Counted from the first letter of the stretch, positions 51,727 to 63,603 are shown. The stretch is DNA of 64,000 nucleotides from Marinicella sp. (GCA_965230295.1 OZ246001.1:192001-256000), one strand, 5' to 3'. Program-made: numbers and translations. Notes: a model not told the origin generated them from the sequence alone.

Positions 51727-53355
51727 TTACCCCAAAAACGGATAGCGGTAATCCGTAGGTGGTACAAAAGTCTCCTTGATGGTTCTGGGAGACAACCACC
51801 TATACAAATTCAATGCGGACCCAGCCTTGTCATTCGTACCGGAAGCACGACCACCACCAAAGGGTTGTTGACCCACCACAGCACCAGTTGGTTTGTCGTT
51901 GATGTAGAAGTTACCTGCTGCATTTCTTAAACGGTCACTCATGTGGTTGATCATGTATCGATCTTGGGCAAATATGGCACCGGTTAAGGCATAAATTGAA
52001 CCGCGGTTACACAGATCGAGAGTCTCTTCGAAATTGGCTTCATCATAAACATAGATGGTCAAAACAGGTCCGAATATTTCTTCCTGCATGGTTTTGAAAT
52101 TTGGATTGCTGGTTACGATGACGGTCGGTTCAATGAAGTAACCAGTCGATTTATCGCAGCCACCACCCACAATGATTTTTGCATCATTGGCTTCTGCTGC
52201 GAAGTCTACATAAGACTTGATCTTATCGAAAGATCGTTCATCGATAACGGCATTGATGAAGTTACTGAAATCTCGCGTAGAACCCATCTTGAAGGACTTG
52301 ACGTCTTCTATCAACTGCTCTTTTACACCTGACCATAATGATAATGGGATGTAAGCCCTGGAAGCTGCTGAACACTTCTGTCCTTGGAACTCAAAGGCGC
52401 CTCTCGACAAGGTCGTAGCCACTGCGATTGGATTGGCTGACTCATGGGCAAAGACAAAATCTTTACCACCTGTCTCACCCACCAATCTGGGGTATGAATG
52501 ATAACGGCCTATGTTTCCACCCACCTCGGCAAAGATGTGTTGGAATGTGGGGGTTGAACCAGTGAAATGCACACCTGCAAGTTCGGGACGAGGTAACAAA
52601 GCGGCACCTGCCACCGGGCCATCTGCAGCCACCATATTGATCACCCCGTCAGGCAAACCCGCCGCTTTGAAAACTTCCATGATCACATAGGCAGACAGCA
52701 TTTGTGTCCCTGAGGGCTTCCACACCACCGTGTTGCCCAACATCGCAGGCGTGGCTGGCAAGTTACCAGCAATGGCGGTGAAATTGAATGGCGTAATGGC
52801 CATCACAAAACCTTCTAAAGGGCGCCAATCCAATTGATTCCAAACACCTGGAGATGACACGGGTTGTTGCTCCATGATTTGCTCATAAAAATAGGCATTG
52901 AAGCGTAAGAAGTCGATCAATTCACAGGCCGAATCAATTTCGGCTTGAAAGCAATTTTTAGATTGCCCGTGCATGGTGGCTGCATTGATGATGTTGCGAT
53001 AAGGTCCAGCGATCAAATCAGCGGCTTTCAAGAACACAGCAGCACGGGATTGCCAAGGTAAACTGGCCCATTCTGCTTGTGCATTGATCGCAGCATCTGC
53101 TGCTGCATTCAATTCCTTGGCACCTCCGGCATGTGCTTGGCCCAAGATGTGTTGATGGTCATGGGGCATCACCACATTTTCAGTCACTCCTGTTCGAACT
53201 TCTTCTCCACCGATGTAACAGGGTATATCAACCTGCTCTGAGGACATCTTGTCCATTGCTTGTTGTAAAGCGATGGTTTCAGCCGTACCTGGTCGGTATT
53301 CACTGATGGGTTCGTTGGTTACAGCTGGTGTTTGCGGGATGTTGGCACTGATCAT
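51727..53355 (-). CDS. pruA: L-glutamate gamma-semialdehyde (P5C) dehydrogenase
   Basis: PFNFTAIAGNL, ETGGKDF, GQKCSA, QQPFGGGRASGTNDKAG. Confidence 0.93.
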   Translation of the reverse strand: MISANIPQTPAVTNEPISEYRPGTAETIALQQAMDKMSSEQVDIPCYIGGEEVRTGVTENVVMPHDHQHILGQAHAGGAKELNAAADAAINAQAEWASLPWQSRAAVFLKAADLIAGPYRNIINAATMHGQSKNCFQAEIDSACELIDFLRFNAYFYEQIMEQQPVSSPGVWNQLDWRPLEGFVMAITPFNFTAIAGNLPATPAMLGNTVVWKPSGTQMLSAYVIMEVFKAAGLPDGVINMVAADGPVAGAALLPRPELAGVHFTGSTPTFQHIFAEVGGNIGRYHSYPRLVGETGGKDFVFAHESANPIAVATTLSRGAFEFQGQKCSAASRAYIPLSLWSGVKEQLIEDVKSFKMGSTRDFSNFINAVIDERSFDKIKSYVDFAAEANDAKIIVGGGCDKSTGYFIEPTVIVTSNPNFKTMQEEIFGPVLTIYVYDEANFEETLDLCNRGSIYALTGAIFAQDRYMINHMSDRLRNAAGNFYINDKPTGAVVGQQPFGGGRASGTNDKAGSALNLYRWLSPRTIKETFVPPTDYRYPFLG

Positions 53356-53433
53356 GGAACAAATCTCGTAAAAAAAAAGTGAATTATACGGATTTATTGT
53401 CAAAGGAGCAAAAGCAGTCGACCAAAGGCGTGC

Positions 53434-54540
53434 TTATTCCGCCACACTGAGAGAAAAAGATGAATCATGTTTAGCTGTGAACATGGCCAAGTCTGCAGCT
53501 CTTTTTAAATCTGAAAATTTATTCCCGTGGGTTTTATAGTAAGCCACACCGGCACTGGCATTGACTTTTAACTGCTGTCCTTTGAACATAAAAGGCTTTT
53601 GAATGGCCTTAAGCACATTTTGTACTTTTGCATTCACCTTTTGATCGTCTCTGATTTGTGGAATCAGAATCAAAAACTCATCGCCTCCCAAACGGCAGGC
53701 AAAGTCTCTGAAATCAATGGATTTACTGATGGCATTGGCTGTATGGATCAAACCAATGTCACCTGCATCATGCCCATAGTTGTCATTGATGTTCTTCAAG
53801 TGATCTAAATCCAGATACACCAGTGCCATGTTATGTTCTTCAACCGTTAAACTGTTACTGATGGATTCAAACTTTCCTATCATCAATTGAATCAAAGGTA
53901 AGCCAGTTAAATAGTCATGATCAACCAGGTGTTTGATGGCATTTTTCTGTTCATTGATTGCTATCAACAATTGGTGCATTCGACCCCGGTACTTGATGAT
54001 GGCAAATGAAACAAATAACAGCAAAATGGTGAAACTGGCAATATACAAAAACCAATGCTCTGTGCTGACAAACAATTGGCCTGCGTCAACACTTAGACTT
54101 AAAATTCCGGTTTGGAAAGCGTAACCTGAGATGGTCACAAACAACAAAACCATCAATGAGAAAACCACAACCACATTTTGTTTGAAAAACAACGCCAACA
54201 GCACACCAATCAATGGAAACAATAAGATGGCTGGCGCCATAAAACCAAACGACAAGACGCCGATGACCCCAACCAATAACTGAAACACGATAAACAGAAT
54301 GGCTTTGCGGTATGGGGAAATTTGATTCCTGAATAAACCCACAAAAACAATCAAAACAAATGAACCCATGTGAACGTATTCACGGAATCCCAATCCGACC
54401 AATTCACTCCTTTGTAAAGAAAACCAAAGTGCAAAGGAACTCAAAAACAACCACAACAAAATCATGATGTTGACTATTTGATCAATCAACCTGGTTTCTT
54501 CATCAATGATTCTTTGGGTTGTCACCTGGAAAAATATCAA
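53434..54540 (-). CDS. Membrane-bound diguanylate cyclase
   Basis: TMs, HDYLTGLP, RLGGDEF. Confidence 0.88.
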   Translation of the reverse strand: MIFFQVTTQRIIDEETRLIDQIVNIMILLWLFLSSFALWFSLQRSELVGLGFREYVHMGSFVLIVFVGLFRNQISPYRKAILFIVFQLLVGVIGVLSFGFMAPAILLFPLIGVLLALFFKQNVVVVFSLMVLLFVTISGYAFQTGILSLSVDAGQLFVSTEHWFLYIASFTILLLFVSFAIIKYRGRMHQLLIAINEQKNAIKHLVDHDYLTGLPLIQLMIGKFESISNSLTVEEHNMALVYLDLDHLKNINDNYGHDAGDIGLIHTANAISKSIDFRDFACRLGGDEFLILIPQIRDDQKVNAKVQNVLKAIQKPFMFKGQQLKVNASAGVAYYKTHGNKFSDLKRAADLAMFTAKHDSSFSLSVAE

Positions 54541-54597
54541 TCAGTAAAACCATTATCATAAGACTCACAGTGACAACAATTCAATTCTTTTTTGCAC

Positions 54598-54625
54598 AAA
54601 AAAGCCACTGACGTACAGTGGCTTT
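54598..54625 (-). terminator. Intrinsic terminator of mdh
   Basis: AAAGCCACTG..CAGTGGCTTT stem plus U-tract on the minus strand. Confidence 0.75.
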
Positions 54626-54649
54626 CAATTTTTAATGAAACTTTAAGCT

Positions 54650-55624
54650 TCAGAACAAGTGTTCTACAGCTGCGCGTTCCTCACGTAATTCAGCCTCTGT
54701 GGCATCAATCCGACTTTGTGAAAATTCACTGACGGGCAAATCTTGAACGATGCTGTATTCACCATTCGCACAAGTCACCGGGTAAGAAAAAATGATGCCC
54801 GGTGCCACGCCATAGCTGCCATCACTGGGAATGGCCATTGAGACCCAATCATCTCCTTCGGTACCCAAAGACCAATTCCTCATGTGATCAATGGCCGATG
54901 AAGCGGCTGAAGCTGCACTTGATGCACCACGGGCTTTGATGATGGCTGCACCACGCTGCTGCACAGTCGGAATGAAATCTTCAACATACCAGTCCTGGTC
55001 AACATCACTGAGGGCAGCGCCGTTGATGGTGACTTGCGAAACATCTGGGTATTGGGTTGACGAATGATTGCCCCAAATGGTCATGCGATTGATTTCTCCG
55101 GTTTGAACATCATACTTACCAGCCAATTGAGCCAAGGCACGGTTGTGATCTAATCTTGTCATGGCAGTGAATTGTGCAGGATTGATGTCTGGTGCATTTT
55201 GTTGGGCAATCAATGCATTGGTGTTGGCCGGGTTTCCAACCACCAAAACTTTGATGTCTCTGGCTGCGTGGTCATTCATGGCTTTACCTTGAACTGAAAA
55301 AATCTTGGCGTTGGCTTGCAGCAAATCACTGCGTTCCATACCAGGTCCACGAGGCATGGCACCCACCAACAAAGCATAATTGGCATCTTTGAAAGCAACA
55401 TTGGCATCATCTGTTGCAACCACACCATGCAGCAATGGGAAAGCACAGTCCTCTAACTCCATGACCACACCTTGAACTGCATTCATGGCAGGTGGGATTT
55501 CAAGTAAATGCAAAATGACGGGTTGGTCTGGGCCCAGCATATTGCCAGCGGCAATTCTGAACAAAAGTTGATAGCCAATTTGACCGGCGGCGCCGGTAAC
55601 AACGACTCTGACTGGTTGTTTCAT
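54650..55624 (-). CDS. mdh: Malate dehydrogenase (type 2)
   Basis: [32 protein letters not shown]. Confidence 0.96.
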   Translation of the reverse strand: MKQPVRVVVTGAAGQIGYQLLFRIAAGNMLGPDQPVILHLLEIPPAMNAVQGVVMELEDCAFPLLHGVVATDDANVAFKDANYALLVGAMPRGPGMERSDLLQANAKIFSVQGKAMNDHAARDIKVLVVGNPANTNALIAQQNAPDINPAQFTAMTRLDHNRALAQLAGKYDVQTGEINRMTIWGNHSSTQYPDVSQVTINGAALSDVDQDWYVEDFIPTVQQRGAAIIKARGASSAASAASSAIDHMRNWSLGTEGDDWVSMAIPSDGSYGVAPGIIFSYPVTCANGEYSIVQDLPVSEFSQSRIDATEAELREERAAVEHLF

Positions 55625-55800
55625 TGAAGTCTCCAATTAGTGGTTTTGATAAAGCCTCAAAATCAATTTGCTGTCGCATAAACGCTTGAGGATTAATAAC
55701 TGGCGCGATTATAGCAACACAGTCGTGTTTTTTAAATGTAATTCAGTCAAAAGGCCATGATGAAACCAGATTTTTATTCATGCATCATTTCACTGACAAA

Positions 55801-56036
55801 AAGGAATGTTCTTGGGGCTCCATTCTGGTTCATGGTCTGACAGGTCTTCATATTTGCTGCGCAAATAAACCGACCTTTACAGACTATTGTCTGAGCAGTT
55901 GCTTCGCACTGCATGTCTGTTTCAGACAAAAGTGAAAGCGTCCACTGCGAACATAACTTGCTACCTCGGGCTCTTCACCTCTGATTCGCAAAGCTCACCA
56001 ACCGGCTCTGCGGGTCAAGCTGCTCAGCAGCTTTCC
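55801..56036 (+). repeat. Internally deleted copy (236 bp) of the dispersed element
   Basis: Same left ~165 bp and right ~40 bp as 6048-6532. Confidence 0.88.
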
Positions 56037-56350
56037 TAGGGTCAGCTGTCTACAATCCTGTTGTGTTTACAATAACCTTGGCACATTAATTTTAATAGAA
56101 CATTTTCTGCACCAACCAAGGTGAATGACTGATCTGCTTGCCAATCAGGGTGGCATGGTGAATGCAACCAAACCAGGTTGATATGCATAAGGAAACTAGC
56201 ATGGGCTCAGAACATACTTGAAAGAAGTCTCAATAACATGTCTTTTTGTTATGAACTTGTCAGGATATTGTCATGATTACCTGCCGTTCATTGCTACTTT
56301 GTTCTCGGTGTGCTCAAATTTTCAAGATTAAACCACTACCAGGTGACATC

Positions 56351-56704
56351 ATGGATAAAGCCAAAGTCCTTAATACCACCACATGGGCATTTTCTGTCCT
56401 TATTGCAGCGATGTTTTTGTTATCTGGCATCCCCAAGTTTTTTGATCCTGGCTGGGTCAGTAGATTTGCAAAATGGAGTTACTCAGTTGAGTTTTTATAC
56501 TTGATAGCTGTACTGGAGTGTTTAGGTGCAATTGGTATTTTGATCCCGAAACTCAGCTTTTATGCGGCCATTGGATTAATCATCATCATGATAGGTGCCA
56601 TGTATACACACCTGTCTCATGACCAAAGTATCATTGCCAATTTGATTTATATCGTACTGCTGCTTTTCATTGCCATGATGAGAAGGCAACAGCGTATTTT
56701 TTAA
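56351..56704 (+). CDS. DoxX family membrane protein
   Basis: FLLSGIPKF, LECLGAIGILIP, GAMYTHL. Confidence 0.85.
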   Translation: MDKAKVLNTTTWAFSVLIAAMFLLSGIPKFFDPGWVSRFAKWSYSVEFLYLIAVLECLGAIGILIPKLSFYAAIGLIIIMIGAMYTHLSHDQSIIANLIYIVLLLFIAMMRRQQRIF

Positions 56705-56788
56705 ACTCCAAAATCAAAGTGATTTTGTTATTAAGACCAAACTTGATTGGTTCTGAAGTCAGCCAGTCATGAATCAATGCCTTCCGTA

Positions 56789-57338
56789 GGAAAGCTGCTG
56801 AGCAGCTTGACCCGCCGAGCCGGTTAGGCAGTGAGTGGAATAAAGGTGGTTTTGCGAAGCAAAGAAACCTTTATGCAATGAGCGATAAGCCGTGAGCTAT
56901 TGATGTTGCGGCCGCTATCGCTCCTTGCTATCGCGGCAGACCTACATCCATGTAGGCCAATCAGAGGCGAAGAGAATAGCCAATGAGCATATGGCGATTT
57001 GACGAAGTCAAGAAGCCTTATGTGAATGGCGTTATAGCACAGGCAATGAAAGTTGGGCGGTTTTATCGAAGATAAAGAAGCCCGATTTGAATGCCGCAGT
57101 GCGTGCGAGGTAGCAAGTCATGTTCGCCGGTTAGGAAATGATTCGTTACGATTTTGCCAATGGCAAAGAAGTAACGGATGAATGCCGTAAACCGTGGTCG
57201 TTTTCACTTTTGTCTGAAACAGACATGCAGTGCGAAGCAACTGCTCAGACAATAGTCTGTAAAGGTCGGTTTATTTGCGCAGCAAATATGAAGACCTGTC
57301 AGACCATGAACCAGAATGAAGCCCAAAGAACATTCCTT
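56789..57338 (-). repeat. Inverted full copy (550 bp) of the dispersed element with an extra ~64-bp hairpin insert
   Basis: Reverse complement of 6048-6532 plus an insert at about 57129-57193. Confidence 0.9.
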
Positions 57339-57655
57339 TATATCATTCAGCCAAATCAGACAGCAAAGTTAGGGTTAAATACCCAGGACGATCGTTGAAA
57401 AATCACAACTTTTAAGCTGAAATGTTAAAAAATCCTGGGTCCGACAAAAACGCTAACCACCAAACACAACTTTTGATGATGTCATTCTTATTCGTATTTT
57501 GACCTATGTTCAATCTATGACCTCAATACTGCTGTCGAACCCAGAAACCTTCACACACTTATACACACACATTTTGCTTTTTTGTAGATTTATTCACATT
57601 GTCCTTTGTTCTTTTTTGAATTACAATACTCTGTAAGTATTTTTACAGACCACTA

Positions 57656-58414
57656 ATGAGGGATAACCCAACTGTCAACACCTTATCTGAATTGTTGTAC
57701 GGCATCAGCCGCATGGCCTTCACAGGCAACATCAAAGTTCAAGACATAGAGAATCAACTCAGATTCAGTTTGGTCCAAGCTGCTCATGAAGTTTACCCAA
57801 ACAAAAATGTTTCTGAACTTCGTGAACTGACAGGAATTCCCAGAGCAAAAATAAAAAAATACCTTGATGGTGAAGTTCCAAAATTCAAACAAGATAAATT
57901 GGCGACTTTACTGAATGAGCTGACCAAGCTCATGGATCAGGAAAACTTATTGCCAAGAAGGGGAAAAAACTCCTTCACCTCAGCTGCTTACGACATCATA
58001 AACAGTTCATTTTCTCCAGACATTGCTCTCAATTCATTGATTAAATTAGGTGCCGTAGAATTATCTGGTGACAACATCAGGGTACTTACCACACGGTTAA
58101 CCGTTTCTAATGACCTTTTACTGTCATTCAAAGAAATCAGTAAAACAACACTGCTATTGATTGAATCTGGCTTACACAATGTCAACGAAAGAACACCTGA
58201 TGCACGCTTGTTCCAGCGAACCATTGCATCGACACAAATTCCACATTCAAGTTTGAAAGAACTTCATAAAGAAATCATGAGTTTGCTTAAAGCCATGAAA
58301 ATTGAGCTCAAAACGATCATTGATTCATATGAAGCCGAAGTCGAACCTGATAGTTATGGAGTGTACGGAGTGTCTCTTTTTGAGTTCTCTGATTATTTAA
58401 ACAACATCAAATAA
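57656..58414 (+). CDS. DUF6502-like protein with N-terminal HTH
   Basis: NVSELRELTGIPRAKIKK HTH; LPRRGKNSF, LHNV and FQRTI segments as recalled for DUF6502. Confidence 0.6.
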   Translation: MRDNPTVNTLSELLYGISRMAFTGNIKVQDIENQLRFSLVQAAHEVYPNKNVSELRELTGIPRAKIKKYLDGEVPKFKQDKLATLLNELTKLMDQENLLPRRGKNSFTSAAYDIINSSFSPDIALNSLIKLGAVELSGDNIRVLTTRLTVSNDLLLSFKEISKTTLLLIESGLHNVNERTPDARLFQRTIASTQIPHSSLKELHKEIMSLLKAMKIELKTIIDSYEAEVEPDSYGVYGVSLFEFSDYLNNIK

Positions 58415-58424
58415 AGGTAATATT

Positions 58425-58745
58425 ATGAATAAGTTAATGATCGTATTAGCGGCATTGTGCTGTCTCGTTTCTGTTTCTTTCGCTTCAACAGACACAGGTA
58501 CTGGTGGCAATAAATCTACTGACACGGGAACGGGTGGTAAACCAGGGTTTTATCCCATTGAATTTTGTCAGTCCATAGCCAGCTTGGCAATGAGCAGGTC
58601 TACTGACACAGGAACGGGTGGAGGTAAATCAACCGATACCGGAACCGGTGGCGGCAAATCAACCGATACTGGAACCGGTGGTGGTATTAATGCGCTGCTT
58701 TTTGAATACAATGCATGTCTCAGTAACGAATTTAATGTCAAATAA
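58425..58745 (+). CDS. Secreted small protein with five STDTGTGG repeats
   Basis: Signal peptide ending SFA; repeats encoded with synonymous variation; RBS AAAGG. Confidence 0.8.
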   Translation: MNKLMIVLAALCCLVSVSFASTDTGTGGNKSTDTGTGGKPGFYPIEFCQSIASLAMSRSTDTGTGGGKSTDTGTGGGKSTDTGTGGGINALLFEYNACLSNEFNVK

Positions 58746-58761
58746 GCTGAAGAAAAGCACA

Positions 58762-58786
58762 TCCCGGTAGCTTGAAACTACCGGGT
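58762..58786 (+). terminator. Hairpin/putative terminator
   Basis: CCCGGTAG-CTTGAAA-CTACCGGG. Confidence 0.5.
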
Positions 58787-58973
58787 TGTTGCTGATCAAT
58801 CAGCAACATCTCAATAGCCCTTCGGGACTTTTTTTGAACCACAATGACAGGTGTATTCTGTCATTGTTAAGTCGTTGTTATTTAAAAAAAAGATGCCAAT
58901 GTCGCTGTGCAACGTGCGGTTTTGAATCGATGTGTGAGTTTTTGGTAAGAACGAACATTCTGTCTTAATGTAC

Positions 58974-59005
58974 GTTATTGGTCGGAACTAAAGGGTTTGA
59001 ACCTC
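58974..59005 (-). other. Degenerate copy of the tRNA-Pro 3' end (att-like relic)
   Basis: GTTATTGGTCGGAactaaagggTTTGAACCTC versus GTTATTGGTCGGAgcgagaggaTTTGAACCTC at 59366-59396. Confidence 0.7.
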
Positions 59006-59204
59006 TCGTTACACCTTTCTCCAGAATGAAGCCCCAAGAACATTCCTTTCATGTGGAAACAAATAGAAAATATTGGCAACAAGTCACAATTTTGTAGAAT
59101 AAATTGAGTTTTTTAGGAGTTTCAGTTGAGCCAAATTTTTTACTGACCTATGATGATGCCCAAGGGATAAGCAATCCCTTTGTTTAATTTATAGGAGAAT
59201 TACT

Positions 59205-59348
59205 GTGTCAAATTCAACGGAAAAAAATACCAACAACGCCAAAACCAAAAATGCTGATGAAAAGCACGACCAAGCAGCCAGTGAATCCAAAGATGACAAA
59301 TCTAATGGCAGCTCAACCGAAGGGAAGGATGGAAAAGATTACTTTTAA
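59205..59348 (+). CDS. Small hydrophilic protein (47 aa, ends GKDGKDYF), not in the ORF track
   Basis: AGGAG RBS 7 nt upstream of GTG; open frame to TAA 59346-59348. Confidence 0.55.
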   Translation: MSNSTEKNTNNAKTKNADEKHDQAASESKDDKSNGSSTEGKDGKDYF

Positions 59349-59370
59349 TCAGAATTAAAAGCTAAGTTAT

Positions 59371-59447
59371 TGGTCGGAGCGAGAGGATTTGAACCTCCGA
59401 CCCCCACAACCCCATTGTGGTGCGCTACCAAGCTGCGCTACGCTCCG
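59371..59447 (-). tRNA. tRNA-Pro (GGG)
   Basis: Full cloverleaf CGGAGCGTAGCGCAG...GGTTCAAATCC...CCGACCA with anticodon GGG; canonical position after ihfA-merR. Confidence 0.97.
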
Positions 59448-59530
59448 AAATAACCCGCGTATTCTATCACAAAGAAATGTAATAAGAAGTGCTAATACAG
59501 TGAATTTTAATGCGAGGATGAATTTAAATT

Positions 59531-59884
59531 TTACTTCAATAAATCGAGGATTTCTTCAAGCTCAACACGGGTTTGCTGAATCACTTGATAGGACTTACTG
59601 GCTTCTTTTTCCGAGACTTTTCCATTGAGTTTTTGCCTGGCACCAGAAATGGTGTAGCCATGATCATACAACAAACTGCGGATCTGCCTGATCATCATCA
59701 CATCATTGCGTTGATAATAACGGCGGTTGCCCCTTCTTTTAACCGGGTTTAAATTGTCAAACTCGTTCTCCCAATAGCGCAACACGTGTTGCTTTACATC
59801 ACACAATGTTGACACTTCACCGATGGTGAAATATCGTTTTGCGGGGATGGGAGGCAGGGACTTATTGTGGCCTTGATCCAGCAT
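59531..59884 (-). CDS. MerR family transcriptional regulator
   Basis: [25 protein letters not shown]; synteny with ihfA. Confidence 0.93.
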   Translation of the reverse strand: MLDQGHNKSLPPIPAKRYFTIGEVSTLCDVKQHVLRYWENEFDNLNPVKRRGNRRYYQRNDVMMIRQIRSLLYDHGYTISGARQKLNGKVSEKEASKSYQVIQQTRVELEEILDLLK

Positions 59885-60170
59885 ATGTTTCTATCGTATT
59901 CCTCAACTTTTGACCCGGCTTAAATGCCACCACCCTTCTGGCTGAGATCGGGATCTCTTCCAGGGTTTTAGGATTTCTGCCTGGCCTTGACTTTTTGTCA
60001 CGTAACTCAAAGTTACCAAATCCAGATAATTTCACCCCATGACCGTCTAGCAGTTGAGCTTTGATGGTTTCAAAGAACACACTTACAAACTCGCTGGCTT
60101 CACGCTTATTCAAGCCAACTTCCATATATAATATCTCTGCTAAGTCAGTTTTGGTGACTGTCTCTGTCAT
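59862..60170 (-). CDS. ihfA: Integration host factor alpha
   Basis: [24 protein letters not shown]. Confidence 0.96.
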   Translation of the reverse strand: MTETVTKTDLAEILYMEVGLNKREASEFVSVFFETIKAQLLDGHGVKLSGFGNFELRDKKSRPGRNPKTLEEIPISARRVVAFKPGQKLRNTIETYAGSRPQ

Positions 60171-62542
60171 GATCTAATTTCTGCGTTAAATTGTTCTGCT
60201 AAAAAGGATACCGCTTTTGATACCAGTTTGTCTACTTCTTTATCCTCTAAAGTTCGATTTTTTTCCTGAAAAATCATAGCCATGGCGAGACTTTTGTATC
60301 CTTTTTCAATATTATCACCCTTATACACATCAAACAAACAAAGGTTGTTAAGCAGGTCGTGATCTACGCCCAGGCTTGATTTAACGCCTTTTTCAACATC
60401 TGACCAGGTGACATCATCCGAGATAACTACTGATAAATCACGACGAACATGTGGAAACCTGGAAACCACTTGCCATTGTGGCAGTCGAGCCGTCTGAATC
60501 AGTTGCATGTCAAATTCTGCCACATAAACTTCCTGTTTTATCTTCATTTTTTGACAAATTGAGGGATGAACTTGCCCCAAATGTCCCATTTTTTGACCAT
60601 TGATGCTGACTGATGCTTGTCGACCGGGGTGTAAATAATCAAGTTTTGAAGCTGTAAATTCAAGCGTGCCACCTACTCCAGACAACAGCGCTTCCACATC
60701 ACCTTTCACAGTGAAAAAGTCTACTTTCTGACCACTGACTCCCCATTGCTCAGGCGATTCCAATCCAGTTTTTGCCAGCATTAACACATCATTTTGCTGA
60801 ATTTCGCTGCCTTTACTGAATATTTTACCCAATTCAAACAAAGCAAGATCTTGGGCCTGTCTGGCCAAATTGGCTTTGATGTTAGATAAAACACCAGCCA
60901 ACAGGTGAGTTCGCATCACAGCCATTTCCTTGTTCAGTGGATTGGCTAAGGCAAACACATCTTGGTCTAAACCCAATTCTGTCAGTTGCTTTTCGCCCAC
61001 AAAAGAATAGTTAATCACTTCCTGGTAGGAAAGATCACTCAACTGCTGCTTGACCAGACGCAACTGTCTGATTTCTTCTGGGATCACACGTATCGCATCG
61101 GTTGACACCAATCGGTGTGAAGGCATTTGGTCATAGCCCACGACCCTGACCACTTCTTCGATCAGATCTTCTGCAATGGCCAAGTCAAATCGCCAAGATG
61201 GTGACTTAACTTGCCATATACCACCTGAAAAGCTGTTTTCCAAACCCAAGTCAGTAAAAATCTGGGTTACTTGCTCATCAGCAACCGTGAAACCCAATAC
61301 CTGTTTCAAATGTTCGCTGGTTAATGTGATGTTTTGTTGTTTGGGAATATCAGCTGTTTCACGAGCGACTTTGATGGGTGCCACTTGGCCACCACATATT
61401 TCAGTGATCAAAGCCGTTGCTCGTTGTAAAGCCACTTCTTGCAGATCCCAATCCACCCCACGTTCAAAACGCAAGCCAGATTCAGTGTGGACGCCTAATT
61501 TTCTGGATTTACCCATGATCGTTGCCGGATCAAAATAGGCAGATTCTAAAATAATGTCTTGCGTGACGGCGCTCACACCACTGTCTAAACCACCAATCAC
61601 ACCAGCAACTGCCAATGCTTTGCTTTCATCCGCAATCACTAAAAATTCTGGCGTTAATTTAACCTCGGATTCATCCAACAACTGTAATTCTTCGCCGTCA
61701 TTGGCCATACGCACCACAACAGAGCCATCGATTTTATGCAAATCGAAAGCATGCATGGGTTGCCCCAATTCCAGCATCACGTAATTGGTTACATCAACCA
61801 CCGGGTGTATAGATCTGATGCCACTGCGACGCAATTTTTCTTTCATCCACAAGGGTGTAACTTGGGTGTTATCAATGCCTTTGATGATGCGACTACCATA
61901 GATGGGACATTGTGCTGGTGCTTGCATGTCGATTCCAATGATGTCATCAATGGTTGGCTCAATGGCTTTGACTTCAGGGGCAACGACACTTAATTGATTC
62001 AATGTAGCCACTTCTCTGGCCACCCCGCGCATACAAAAGCAATCGGCTCGATTCGGAGTCAAATCAATGTCGATGATTTGATCTTCAAGACCTAAATACT
62101 GTCGCACATCAGTACCTACAGGTGCGTCGGCACCCAGTTCGATGATGCCATCTGATTCTTGACTGATACCCAGTTCAACTTCTGAACACAACATACCATG
62201 CGACTCAACACCGCGAAGCTTCGATTTCTTGATTTTAAAATTACCTGGTAAAACCGCACCAATTTTCGACAAAGCAGTCTTTAAGCCCACCCGAGCATTG
62301 GGTGCACCGCAGACAATTTGTAAGGTTTCATCACCTGCATTCACTTCACAGACCTGTAACTTATCGGCATCTGGGTGTTTACTGCATGCTGTGATTTCAG
62401 CCACCACCACACCAGTAAAGTCACCTGCTGCTGACTCAACACCATCCACTTCCAAACCCAACATGGTGAGTTGTGCCATGATTTCCTCAGTTGATCCTTG
62501 ATAATCAACCCACTCTTTCAACCATTGTTCACTGAATTTCAT
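60167..62542 (-). CDS. pheT: Phenylalanyl-tRNA synthetase beta subunit
   Basis: [30 protein letters not shown]. Confidence 0.97.
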   Translation of the reverse strand: MKFSEQWLKEWVDYQGSTEEIMAQLTMLGLEVDGVESAAGDFTGVVVAEITACSKHPDADKLQVCEVNAGDETLQIVCGAPNARVGLKTALSKIGAVLPGNFKIKKSKLRGVESHGMLCSEVELGISQESDGIIELGADAPVGTDVRQYLGLEDQIIDIDLTPNRADCFCMRGVAREVATLNQLSVVAPEVKAIEPTIDDIIGIDMQAPAQCPIYGSRIIKGIDNTQVTPLWMKEKLRRSGIRSIHPVVDVTNYVMLELGQPMHAFDLHKIDGSVVVRMANDGEELQLLDESEVKLTPEFLVIADESKALAVAGVIGGLDSGVSAVTQDIILESAYFDPATIMGKSRKLGVHTESGLRFERGVDWDLQEVALQRATALITEICGGQVAPIKVARETADIPKQQNITLTSEHLKQVLGFTVADEQVTQIFTDLGLENSFSGGIWQVKSPSWRFDLAIAEDLIEEVVRVVGYDQMPSHRLVSTDAIRVIPEEIRQLRLVKQQLSDLSYQEVINYSFVGEKQLTELGLDQDVFALANPLNKEMAVMRTHLLAGVLSNIKANLARQAQDLALFELGKIFSKGSEIQQNDVLMLAKTGLESPEQWGVSGQKVDFFTVKGDVEALLSGVGGTLEFTASKLDYLHPGRQASVSINGQKMGHLGQVHPSICQKMKIKQEVYVAEFDMQLIQTARLPQWQVVSRFPHVRRDLSVVISDDVTWSDVEKGVKSSLGVDHDLLNNLCLFDVYKGDNIEKGYKSLAMAMIFQEKNRTLEDKEVDKLVSKAVSFLAEQFNAEIRS

Positions 62543-62554
62543 ACGGGTATCTCC

Positions 62555-63553
62555 TTATGATTGAAACTGGCTCAAGAAGGCCATGTCATTTTCAAAAAAG
62601 TTTCTTAAGTCTTGTACGCCATAACGCAACATGGCAAATCGCTCAACACCTAACCCAAACGCAAAGCCAGTGTATTTTTCGGGATCAATACCACCAGAAC
62701 GCAATACATTTGGATGCACCATACCGCAACCCAACACCTCCAGCCAATCAATGCTGCCATCGTCTTTCTTCCACTCCACATCCACTTCAGCAGAAGGTTC
62801 TGTGAATGGAAAATAGGAAGGCCTTAACCTGATTTGCAAATCATCTTCAAAAAATGCGTTAACAAATTGATTTAAAACCCCTTTAAGTGATGTAAACGTG
62901 ACATCCTCACCAATCACCAAGCCTTCCACTTGATGAAACATGGGGGTGTGGGTTTGGTCTGAATCACTGCGATAAACTTTACCAGGAGCAATGATTTTTA
63001 TCGGTGGTTTCATGGTTTTCATGGCCCTGATTTGTACCGGTGAAGTGTGTGTGCGAAGCAAGTGTCCATCGGGAAAATAAAAGGTATCATGCATGGCCCT
63101 GGCTGGGTGGTGTGCTGGAAAGTTCAAAGCCTCAAAATTATGAAAATCATCTTCGATTTCGGGACCGGTCACCACATCAAAACCCACTTGGGAGAACAAA
63201 TCAATGATGCGTTGCATGGTTCGAGTAACTGGGTGCACCCCACCTTTGGCTGTGGTGCGGCCAGGTAAGGTCACATCCACTGCCTCTGCCATTAACTTTT
63301 GATTAAGCTCCGCTTGCATCAAAGTGGTCTTCTTGCTCTGGATGGCTGTGAACAGTTGTTGTTTCACCTGATTGATGGCTTGTCCGGCTTGCTTCCTGTC
63401 TTCAGGGGCCAGTTGTCCCAATTGTTTTAATTGGGTGGTAACCGTGCCTTTTTGTCCGAGGAAATGGACCCGCACATCATCCAATGCTTGGACCGTGTCT
63501 GCTGTATCAATTTGGCTTAATCCATCTGTTAAGATTTGTTTCAAATCACTCAC
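62555..63553 (-). CDS. pheS: Phenylalanyl-tRNA synthetase alpha subunit
   Basis: [35 protein letters not shown]. Confidence 0.97.
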   Translation of the reverse strand: MSDLKQILTDGLSQIDTADTVQALDDVRVHFLGQKGTVTTQLKQLGQLAPEDRKQAGQAINQVKQQLFTAIQSKKTTLMQAELNQKLMAEAVDVTLPGRTTAKGGVHPVTRTMQRIIDLFSQVGFDVVTGPEIEDDFHNFEALNFPAHHPARAMHDTFYFPDGHLLRTHTSPVQIRAMKTMKPPIKIIAPGKVYRSDSDQTHTPMFHQVEGLVIGEDVTFTSLKGVLNQFVNAFFEDDLQIRLRPSYFPFTEPSAEVDVEWKKDDGSIDWLEVLGCGMVHPNVLRSGGIDPEKYTGFAFGLGVERFAMLRYGVQDLRNFFENDMAFLSQFQS

Positions 63554-63603
63554 TTTATTTCTCTGTTTGGTACTTTAATGGTGTTAATTTTCACCTGAAC
63601 ACA

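Noticed and set aside
58484-58686. CRISPR-like or DNA-level repeat array
   Set aside because: Repeats are in-frame, vary at synonymous sites and have no unique spacers; this is a protein repeat
59389-59628. 79-aa ORF
   Set aside because: Antisense to tRNA-Pro and merR
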